A DNA stretch of 42,887 bases from Trichomonas gallinae (taxonomy: Eukaryota). The stretch lies in NCBI GenBank assembly GCA_008369845.1, contig MRSU01000203.1, positions 1-42,887 on the forward strand. Reading direction: 5' to 3'. Below the pieces are notes generated by a model. That model did not search any database. It saw nothing but the letters and a program-made list of their open reading frames with translations, and had not been told where the DNA came from. The number at the start of each line of letters is the position of its first letter. The stretch's first letter is position 1. Positions 11,049 through 19,456 of the stretch are shown piece by piece. A program made the position numbers and the translations under genes.

Positions 11049-11510
11049 ATGTTTGTATTCGTTTTCCTTCTTGCTTCTGTCAGCTGTGATGATGCAAATG
11101 ACGATGACAGTTTCTGGAATGAGCTCTCTGACGAAGAAATAGTCGTTGAAGACAAAGTTCCAGGCAAATTATACGATAAAGCTCGCTTTAATCTTCCAAT
11201 TGCAAGAAGACTCAACAGTCTTTTCCCAGAAGTAGCTAAGGCTGCTCGTGATCTTCAGGACGTGATTAATATGGAATTCGTCTACGAAGAAAAATTCCCA
11301 ATTTTATATTTCCTCGATTCGCAAGATGTAGTAATAGAAAAGATTGAATTAGCAAAGAAATCACGCGATGAAATAAAAGCAATCCTTGTTTCTAGAAACT
11401 TCGATTTAAATCTTAAAAAGCCTCAGAAAACACCAGAACCAAAACCACAAACAGAAACTACACAAGAGGAGAAACTAAAAGAAGAATCTCCTTCAACACA
11501 AGAAATATAA
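11049..11510 (+). CDS. Secretory-pathway Sep15/SelM-like (thioredoxin-like fold) protein lacking the redox motif
   Basis: Signal peptide MFVFVFLLASVSC. The segment YDKARF...LNSLFPEV...FPILYFLDSQDVVIEKIELAKKSRDEIKAILVSRNF aligns by eye to the SelM/Sep15 pattern (P-x-L-x-LLD...E-x-I-x-L...REEI-x-x-L...F). Confidence 0.65.
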   Translation: MFVFVFLLASVSCDDANDDDSFWNELSDEEIVVEDKVPGKLYDKARFNLPIARRLNSLFPEVAKAARDLQDVINMEFVYEEKFPILYFLDSQDVVIEKIELAKKSRDEIKAILVSRNFDLNLKKPQKTPEPKPQTETTQEEKLKEESPSTQEI

Positions 11511-11659
11511 ATGCAAAAAAAAAAAGAAAATCATTCCAAATTACTAGAAAGTTATAATTAGATAAGGAATTTTCCTTATTGAACTATATTAATCTACATC
11601 ATAGAGTTTTGTTATAAATAAATTCAAAATAAAGATTTTTTTACAACAAATATAAATTC

Positions 11660-12050
11660 GTTTTCAGCAAGTTCAACTTCGAGTACTTGATTGAATGCAT
11701 GTTCGACTACTGCAGGTTTCGTATTGCATATAATAGAGTTAGCTACACAACTTACAAGAATGACAAAGCATTCAATGCAATGAGACACTCAGAAAGCATA
11801 TGAGCAGATGAGCATGAATATGAACACGGCGTGATTTGGTCTGCTGAGAAAATAGCTTATATCTCAAAATGATTCGCTGTAAAAGAGCTGACGTCTACAT
11901 TCGAGAATGTTGTTTTCGCATTCGACTTCATGGTCATCAGAATTGAAGATAAAGAAGAACTGAGGAAGTCATATCCAATAACAATATATTTCGTTTGTAT
12001 TTCATGATCTTTATCTCATTGCTTTGTGGATCTTAACCTTCTTCTAACTC
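11660..12050 (+). pseudogene. Decayed gene remnant containing dispersed repeat copy 2 (11921..11986)
   Basis: A higher-GC, coding-like island with no intact ORF. It reads FENVVFAFDFMVIRIEDKEELRKSYP and matches 5867..5932. Boundaries are approximate. Confidence 0.5.
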
Positions 12051-12357
12051 AGAATATGTTTTAAAAATCTATTAGAAACAATTTCTTTATAATTTAAGTA
12101 TAGAATTAATAATGTATATTAACGTAAAACTCCATTAATTAGTGCTATAAAAATTAGTCTATGAGTTATGATACAAGCATTAAATTAGGAATTAAAAGAA
12201 TAAATTCATAGAAGAAGGAAAAAATGTTTCGTTGCTCTTTTTTAGATCTTTGAGGACATAATAATGATTTCAATAAAAATAATGCAACAGCGATTTTTCT
12301 ACTATGTAGAATTGATAGTCTCATCGGAAAACTGAGTGATCTGAATATTTAATTGAA

Positions 12358-13354
12358 TTATGATCCGAGCATTAGATTAGAAAGCAAACGAATAAATTCA
12401 TAGAGAATTAATATAGATATTTCTTCTGTTTCGTTGTTCTCTGATAGATCCTTGAGGGTAAAATCAGCTTTGAATGCATCTGTGGAAAGCAAATTGATGC
12501 TGCTTGTATTAATGATGCCTTCTGTAGAGATCAGTGATCTACTATATGAACTAAAATCATCGATATTAGAATAAATAATGAAAAATCTCCCTTTTTCTCC
12601 ATTTCCTTTATCTGTGCTAAATGTTGTTCAATTTTTGAAGCAATCTTTAATGGTGCAGTATCGAATTGTCAGACTTCCATCTGCAACAAAAATGGCTCCA
12701 AATTCAGTTGAATACTATGTGTTGTTGATTATATTACAACATTCTTGAAGTAAATTTGAAGATTAATAATCCAAGCAAATATATATTTTTTGGCATGACT
12801 ATATTCAAATGTAGAATAGTTTACAACTCCTTCTTGAGTGGATTCCCAAAAAGCAAATCAAGGAAATGCGCCAATATTATTTTTTGTAACATTAGATGAC
12901 AGCATTCCAATGTTCCATTGTTCCTTGATTAGTGTCGCTTGAGCATTGGCAAATACTGGATTCAATAATAAGGTTATCTTTTGAAATTCCTTTGACTAAT
13001 ACTGTATAAGAATGGCAGCTGCATGCAGTATTAATACTGTATGATGAATCTATTACGGACAATGCATTTAGCACCACCAAAATCATCTCGTGAACAATTT
13101 TTTTAGGAACATGAAGAATTAATGATTTTCATATAATCTTTTTCGACGACAATTGTTCCATCTGAATCATCTTCAAATTGACTACTGTAGATGTATATAT
13201 TGACGACTTCGTATGGAGAAAACTCGTTTTGATTGTATTTATTCGAACAAGTAGGATTTGGGGCAGGTAAGCCGTAGTATCTCTCCCATATATCGGAATG
13301 AGACTCATCTGATTTCAAAAATATGCATGTTTTTAATGAAATCAACTTTCGCAA
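12358..13354 (-). pseudogene. Near full-length frameshifted pseudogene of a repeated hypothetical gene family (copy B; Asn/Ser/Cys-rich, possibly beta-helix-like)
   Basis: Successive ORF fragments (SDIWERYYG..., DDFGGA, IIESSICQCSS, FGAIFVADGSLTIRYCTIKDCFKN, LYEFIRLLSNLMLGS*) are separated by stops and frameshifts. The 5' part matches 10217..10390 inverted and the 3' part matches 14984..15290 direct. Confidence 0.75.
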
Positions 13355-13372
13355 ATCCCACTAAAAACAAAT

Positions 13373-13427
13373 GTCACTTTTCTTCACAAAATAATGTCAC
13401 TTTTTGTAACTTGATGTTTGTCACTTT
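13373..13427. promoter_or_regulatory. Triple GTCACTTT (AAAGTGAC/Inr-overlapping) cluster in the divergent promoter between pseudogene B and the LRRC23-like gene
   Basis: GTCACTTT at 13373, 13396 and 13420, with 23-24 nt spacing. Each copy contains the Inr-like TCACT on the + strand. Confidence 0.6.
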
Positions 13428-13448
13428 TAAGCATACGTTACTATTATC

Positions 13449-14783
13449 ATGGAGGAGCAAATAGGTGAGTTATTTGATTCTCTTGCTAAAGAGGAAGTTC
13501 TTGAAGGCGAAATAGGTCATCAGAAGGCAATCGACTTTGTGATGATGAAGATTCATTTCCCGGATGATTATTCAAGAGAAGAATTAAATCATCTTCTTGA
13601 AGGAGTCGACAAACCAGAACAGTTCAGCAAAGATCAGTACGTGCAATATGTTACAAGCATTATTACAACAGTGAAGCAGGAATTAGTTCCAGATCCTGAA
13701 TTACCAGATCCAGAAGACGAAGATGTTTTGAAATTGACACCAGATTTCATCGCTCAACGCTTATCTGACCTTCAACCGATCGAAGAAGGATCTCTTTCTT
13801 TCGCTTTCACTTCTTTCTCTGTTGCTGAAGCCGAAATCGTTGATATTGCAGCTTTAGCCAACTTCAAATCATTATTTTACATTTCTCTTAAGACAAACTC
13901 TATCTCAAGCGCTGCAGCTCTCAGTGGTTTGGATAAATTAAAAGAATTATACTTAACAGAGAACAAACTCGTCAACTTCGATGGAGTTAACCTCCCCACT
14001 TTGGAAGTGTTAGATTTATCGCAAAACAAATTCTGCGCATTAAACAGATTCAATACACCAAATCTTAAAAAGTTAAATCTCTCGCAAAATGCAATCAAAT
14101 ATATATCTCCACGCGCATTCGAACAACTCTCCAAGCTTGAAGAGCTCGATTTATCACAAAACAAACTTAAAGATTTCAAAATCGGAACATTCGCATATTT
14201 AGCTTCTCTCAAAATCCTAAAGCTCGATCAGAACGCTATAACAGAGTTGCCAAGTGTTTTATTCGCTGGAATGGATAATCTCGAAAATTTGAATCTCGGC
14301 GAGAATCAAATCGAAAAATTCCCAGCTCTCGAAGATCTTCCTGCACTCAAGATCCTCGATGTCCACTCTACTGCTATTCAGACACTAGACGACCTCAAAG
14401 TCTTGACAGGATTGAAGAATATGAACACAATAGTATTCGATGGAACTCCAGTCACATCCGCGGAAAACTTCAAGTCCGACATTATATTAATGATGCCATG
14501 GCTCGAAAAGATCGACGAAGAGCCAATCACATTCGCTGATCGCCAGGATGCACTGAACCTCGACAAAGAGCGCAAGGAGGCTGAAGAGCAGGCAAGAAGA
14601 GAGAGAGAAGAAGCTGAGAAAGAGGCTGCTGCTGCCGCAGCTGCTGCTTCTGAGACAACAGAAAAAGATGGAACAACAGAAGAGACGCAGGATACAACGG
14701 CCACAGAAGAAACACAGGAAACAACAACAGGAGATGAAACAGCGACATATGATGAAACGGGTACTTATGAAAGCTCTAACTAA
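13449..14783 (+). CDS. Leucine-rich repeat protein, LRRC23-like (axonemal radial-spoke-associated), with an acidic Thr/Glu tail
   Basis: About 10 LxxLxLxxNxL repeats. The LRR cap LMMPWLEKIDEE resembles LRRC23 MPYLERLDKE, and the pre-LRR LTPDFIAQRLS...SFAF resembles the LRRC23 N-terminus. The LRR call is firm and the orthology tentative. Confidence 0.85.
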   Translation: MEEQIGELFDSLAKEEVLEGEIGHQKAIDFVMMKIHFPDDYSREELNHLLEGVDKPEQFSKDQYVQYVTSIITTVKQELVPDPELPDPEDEDVLKLTPDFIAQRLSDLQPIEEGSLSFAFTSFSVAEAEIVDIAALANFKSLFYISLKTNSISSAAALSGLDKLKELYLTENKLVNFDGVNLPTLEVLDLSQNKFCALNRFNTPNLKKLNLSQNAIKYISPRAFEQLSKLEELDLSQNKLKDFKIGTFAYLASLKILKLDQNAITELPSVLFAGMDNLENLNLGENQIEKFPALEDLPALKILDVHSTAIQTLDDLKVLTGLKNMNTIVFDGTPVTSAENFKSDIILMMPWLEKIDEEPITFADRQDALNLDKERKEAEEQARREREEAEKEAAAAAAAASETTEKDGTTEETQDTTATEETQETTTGDETATYDETGTYESSN

Positions 14784-14983
14784 TTCTAAAAAATGTTATA
14801 ATTTTTATTCAACTTTTTTAGATTTTTTTTATTATTATTTTTAACAAAACGACTTCAAGGTGTTGATTTCAATAAAATTTATGCAAGCGACGAATTTTCT
14901 TCTATGGAGTATTTAAATTCACGTCGGACAATTGAGGAAAAAATTGAAATATATAAGTAGTAGTCAGAATATTTATTTTTGAA

Positions 14984-15304
14984 TCATGGTGCAAGCATTA
15001 AATCAGAAAGCAAAAGAATAAATTCATAAATAAATATTTTAGATATTTCTCCTGTTTCGTTGTTATCCTTTAGATTCTTGATGGCAAAATCAGCTTCGAA
15101 TTCTCCTGTGGAAAGATGGTGAAGGAGATTGATGGAGCTTGTATTAATGATGAATGATGTAGTAATTGAAATACTATAATATGAACTAAAATCATCGATA
15201 TTACAATTAATGATTAAAAGTGTTGTTCCATTTTTGAAGCAATCTTTAATGGTGCAGATTCGAATTGTAAGATTTCCTTTATGAATTATCTGACTTTTCG
15301 TCAA
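14984..15304 (-). pseudogene. 3' fragment of the repeated hypothetical gene family (copy C)
   Basis: Direct repeat of about 12370..12680 (e.g. TTTTTGAAGCAATCTTTAATGGTGCAG and ATGAACTAAAATCATCGATATTA). No 5' part and no ATG start. Its 3' flank 14864..14935 resembles 12265..12340. Confidence 0.75.
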
Positions 15305-15535
15305 GTTTCATTCCTAAAAATTGGGCGAGCTCATAATGAAAATACACATAACATGCTCTGTTCATTTTTCTTATAATTTTATTGAAAGAAGAAAAGTTAA
15401 TAATGCCCGGACACCGCTATTTTATGCTGTATTTTTTCTTCACAAAAGTATACAAAAATATGTGTGTATATCGAACAAAAAAGATAATAAATAGTATTCG
15501 CGACCTAAAAACATAGAGAATTTTAAAATAAAAAT

Positions 15536-15546
15536 TTGACATGTAA
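15536..15546 (+). promoter_or_regulatory. Candidate upstream element TTGACATGTAA
   Basis: Lies 79 nt before ATG 15625. The same motif occurs in gene-sense orientation at 17231, 18890, 30156, 31108 and 32449. Confidence 0.45.
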
Positions 15547-15624
15547 ATTTTAATTTGTCGTGTAAATTGACAAAAAGTAAAACGAAGACGTTTGACGAAA
15601 ACGTTTTGAAAAAGAAAAAAAATA

Positions 15625-16032
15625 ATGAGTAGTTGGTTAGAAGGCGTTGTAAGCGATACACAGAAAGAAGTCATTGAGGAACTCCAGAAGCTCGTCGAGG
15701 AGAAGGGCATCAAGGAGAAAGTTCTCGCTGACGCCCAGGAAATGGCGAAAGTTGCTGCTAGACATATCCTCGACGACTCACAGCCAGAGCTCCAGGCTTT
15801 CCCGAGCATCCCTATCGATGGAGATAAGGAGCTCCAGTATAAGCTTGTTCTTGAATTCCTTCAATCAGCAGGATTCAAATTCGCACCAGCAGTTCTCAAG
15901 TTCGAAAGTCAGCATCCTGAAATCGAAATAGATCGCCGCGAACTCGGAAAGAGCTTAAACCTCTGCACATACGATAGAACACCATATCTTGTACAACTTG
16001 TTGAAGAACAACTCAAGACACTTGAGGACTAA
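15625..16032 (+). CDS. LisH-domain FOP/FOR20(CEP20)-like basal-body/centrosomal protein
   Basis: TOF-like N-terminus (ELQKLVEEKGI), LisH motif LVLEFLQSAGFKFAPAVLKFES and a PLL-like C-terminal PYLVQLV. GC-ending codon bias suggests high expression. Confidence 0.7.
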   Translation: MSSWLEGVVSDTQKEVIEELQKLVEEKGIKEKVLADAQEMAKVAARHILDDSQPELQAFPSIPIDGDKELQYKLVLEFLQSAGFKFAPAVLKFESQHPEIEIDRRELGKSLNLCTYDRTPYLVQLVEEQLKTLED

Positions 16033-16444
16033 TAAATTTTTGCTGCTTTGATTTTTATTTAGGTAAATACTTCAATATTTCGAATATTGGTGAAAATCGA
16101 ATATTACAATTTCGTTATTGTGATAATTTCACACATCATTCTTTTTCCAATCCTATTTTCACATGAGAATAATTTAATATTGGTTAGTTTTGACGATCAT
16201 TCAACAATATATTTTGAAATTCTTTCTTTTTAACAATATTCCAATATTAACTATGTGGGAACAAAGCAAATTGGATAGTTTGCTTATTGTCATTCTGTGA
16301 AATGCATATAATAAAGAAAAAAATTATGAAACAAAAAATCTTGAAGCAAATAGAAAATAATGAAAGATATAAAGTATGTTGAGATTTTAGACAGTTATTT
16401 GAGACAATATATAAACTATTCTCAAATAAAATAAAAATTAATAA

Positions 16445-17179
16445 TTAATTTTTGAAGAACATAAGTAAATAATATATTGGGAATGCAAAATTCACTGTTT
16501 GAATGATAATGACGTGAGGAAGATTGTTCAAAGCTGGAATTGATGCTAAAATGCTTCCGCCAGCCAAAAACTGGAAAGCAATGACCAAAATCAAGCAGCC
16601 ATATATCAGAGACCACTTTCTAGTATACTTGGATGCAGCTCTCTTGTGTGTAATTCTTCTAAGTAAAATTTCGATAAATTCTGGAGCAAAGGCAAAACCG
16701 ATCGAAAGAACCATTAAAAGACGTGGATCGAGTCCGCGAAGGTATGTGAATGTGAAATAGAATATTCTGATCTTTTCTGCTCCGTTTGGAAGCGAAATTA
16801 AAAATCCGAGGATTCTTAAAACGATTGGTGGGATTTTGCCTGATGCGAAGTGTAATGCAACGCAAGCTATAACAACTGTGATGAATTCGAGGATTAATGA
16901 TGTTAAAAACCACTCTAATTTGTATTCGTTTGTTTGATTGCGAGCATCTTGAATAATAACAATGAAACGCTCTTCAATTACCGACATTATGATTGATGTA
17001 AGTAGCTTGGTGACAAAACTGCAATAAACACCTTTTGTTGAAATATGAACTAAATAAGCGCACCAAAGACCGTGAACAATAGGAAATATTGGATAATCTG
17101 GTGTTTGCAGTGTGTTTTCGTATAACCAAGCGAAATATTTATTGCCAAGGAGAATATAATAAATAGTCTCTAATCCCAT
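16445..17179 (-). CDS. Multi-pass membrane protein of unknown function
   Basis: 244-aa ATG-initiated ORF with about 6-7 hydrophobic segments. Confidence 0.75.
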   Translation of the reverse strand: MGLETIYYILLGNKYFAWLYENTLQTPDYPIFPIVHGLWCAYLVHISTKGVYCSFVTKLLTSIIMSVIEERFIVIIQDARNQTNEYKLEWFLTSLILEFITVVIACVALHFASGKIPPIVLRILGFLISLPNGAEKIRIFYFTFTYLRGLDPRLLMVLSIGFAFAPEFIEILLRRITHKRAASKYTRKWSLIYGCLILVIAFQFLAGGSILASIPALNNLPHVIIIQTVNFAFPIYYLLMFFKN

Positions 17180-17252
17180 TTGTTTTCATTTCACATGTCA
17201 GCTTGCCAAAAGATTTAATTTTGACGAACTTTACATGTCAATTCTTTGGTAA

Positions 17253-17423
17253 TTTTGTCATTATACGATTATTTTCAATTCAAATATTAAAATTTGTCAA
17301 CTATTTACACGACAAAATATTGCGATTTTTGTCAATCTCGATTATTTTGAATTCAAATATTTTATAAACTTGTCATGTAATATTAAAATTTTGCCATCGA
17401 CGATTATTTTTGATTCAAATATA
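17253..17423 (+). repeat. Three degenerate direct repeats TTTTG(T/C)CA-N4-5-CGATTATTTT(N2)ATTCAAATAT
   Basis: Core copies at 17266..17288, 17339..17361 and 17401..17423. Confidence 0.7.
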
Positions 17424-17676
17424 GTTTATTTGACATAATCTGATAATTCAATCATTTTGATGTAAATTTGAGTGTTAATATAATTGGAACGCATTAAATT
17501 GCAGATAATATCCATGATGTTATTAGAATTCTAGTTAAAACAGGTATTCATGTTATTTTGGTGATTGTTTTGTCACTTGATTTTAAAAATATTTGATTTA
17601 CAAGCAAAGAAAGTGGTTTGTTTATAAACATTTAGAATAGGATGTATGTAGTATCAAACATTAATTAATATCAAAG

Positions 17677-18864
17677 TTAAATATCTGGTTCGTCATCTTC
17701 TGCGCGAGGATCTTGAACTTTTCTGAAGCCACTTTGCTTGTTCAAGAGAGGCACATAAAGCCATGCGAATTTGATGAGTTTTCCATAAATAATAACTCCA
17801 ATCGCCATCAAAGCGAATCCAATGAACCTGAGAATCATGTATCCCTTAAGTGGTTCTCCAACACCTGGGTGGCTGATTCCATAACTTGTGCCTCTGAGAG
17901 AATAGAAAAGAATTATTTCGACAAACCAAACAATTAAAGCTGCTGTGCCTTCAAGCATTGGAAGACGTTCTGGGTTGCTTTGAGATGTAACTTGAGCTGA
18001 GCACATAACACCTACCACAGAGAATCCTAAAACGAAGAATTCTGGAATGATCCAAAGAGGATTATTTTTGAGCATGATAAGTGTATCCCAGAGGTTCTCG
18101 TGGATGCCGTTTCCCTCAGGATCAATTGTTGAAGAATGAAGGATCGGAACAATTATCGCCATAACGAAGAAAAAGCCCCAGAAACCTTCCAAACCGACAA
18201 TAAGAGCTGCCTTTGTACGAATCTTCCTGAAAAGTGATACTTCGAACACGTAAGTAGCCGCTTTCATGATCTGAGTAATAATTATCAAAATTAATGCAGT
18301 AATTGTTCCTTTAGAGTAATTTGTCTCGATGAGAGAGGCTGCATAAATGAAACAAATCGCGGCTACGACAAAAATAATCGAGATCCAATGATAAAGAACG
18401 ATTCTTTTGCGTCCGAAAATAGCTTCAATGAGGATAGAAAACACTAAGATGATGCATTGTAAAGCCTGATATGTCGAAGCATCCAAGAATAGCAAGCAAA
18501 TGTTGGCCAGGCCCATTTCCATGACTCGAGCGAATCCTGGGATAGCGCATTTCACGTAGAATTTCCACCTGTTCTGCTTTTCTTCTTCTGAGCCTGGAAT
18601 ATAATTTGTATCAATTGCTTCTTCTTCAATTTTGATCTTTTTGACGATTCGATAGATGTCGTACCAGATAAAAGTCAGCGCCATGCCTCCGAAACCGATG
18701 ATTGTTTGGAACCAAGGTTTTGAAAATTGATGGATCGGATAAATAGAATCACCAGTTCCGTATTGTTCGAACATGAACTTGTTCAGAATCGTGAGTATTG
18801 CCGAACAAGCGATAACGTTTGGCATGGATGCGATTTTTGCGAATCGTGAGGCTTCCAATACCAT
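17677..18864 (-). CDS. SLC35F6-like drug/metabolite (nucleotide-sugar-type) transporter
   Basis: About 10 TM segments, with family-like motifs HQFSKPWFQT, LDASTYQAL and IVGLEGFWG. Confidence 0.85.
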   Translation of the reverse strand: MVLEASRFAKIASMPNVIACSAILTILNKFMFEQYGTGDSIYPIHQFSKPWFQTIIGFGGMALTFIWYDIYRIVKKIKIEEEAIDTNYIPGSEEEKQNRWKFYVKCAIPGFARVMEMGLANICLLFLDASTYQALQCIILVFSILIEAIFGRKRIVLYHWISIIFVVAAICFIYAASLIETNYSKGTITALILIIITQIMKAATYVFEVSLFRKIRTKAALIVGLEGFWGFFFVMAIIVPILHSSTIDPEGNGIHENLWDTLIMLKNNPLWIIPEFFVLGFSVVGVMCSAQVTSQSNPERLPMLEGTAALIVWFVEIILFYSLRGTSYGISHPGVGEPLKGYMILRFIGFALMAIGVIIYGKLIKFAWLYVPLLNKQSGFRKVQDPRAEDDEPDI

Positions 18865-19456
18865 CGAAAATTATGACAAATAACTTTGTTTACGTGTCAA
18901 AATGTAAAAATTGAATGCATTGAAATATCCGCTCTCAATTTTTAAAGATTTTAAAATTTTGAATGATTGGATATGGAAATAAGCAAAACCGAGAAAAAGT
19001 TTTTATATCCATCCTAAAACAACTACATCTATTTAAACAAATTACAAAAATAAAATAAATATTTTGTTTCGTAAAAATCTAATCATAATATAGCTATGTC
19101 AACATTTTCATTCTATTAGCATTTTCATACTTAATGAATTGATATCTAGTAAATATTATTAGCACACATAATTGTTTCTACATCATGAAATTAATGGAAA
19201 TGTTACATATATAAATGAATCTAACATCATAAATAGCTATAGAAACTATTAAAATTGAAATATGAATATGAAATTCTTCTGTTTTTCATATGTTTTGAAA
19301 ATTATTAAGATAAAATAAAAAATAATGAATAACTTATCGTAAATATTTGAGATATAATCATTTACATAACAATATATTTATTATTTCTAAATAAAACACT
19401 AATAATATTAATATAACAAAACAAAATAATATTAAAAAATAAAAAAGAATTAAATA

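Noticed and set aside
11562..11579. Inverted repeat ATAAGGAA-TT-TTCCTTAT downstream of the SelM-like gene as a possible SECIS
   Set aside because: Too short, lacks the SECIS GA quartet and apical AA architecture, and the ORF has no in-frame TGA.
17253..17423. Repeat-spacer pattern as a CRISPR-like array
   Set aside because: Only three degenerate AT-rich repeats in a eukaryotic context with no cas genes.
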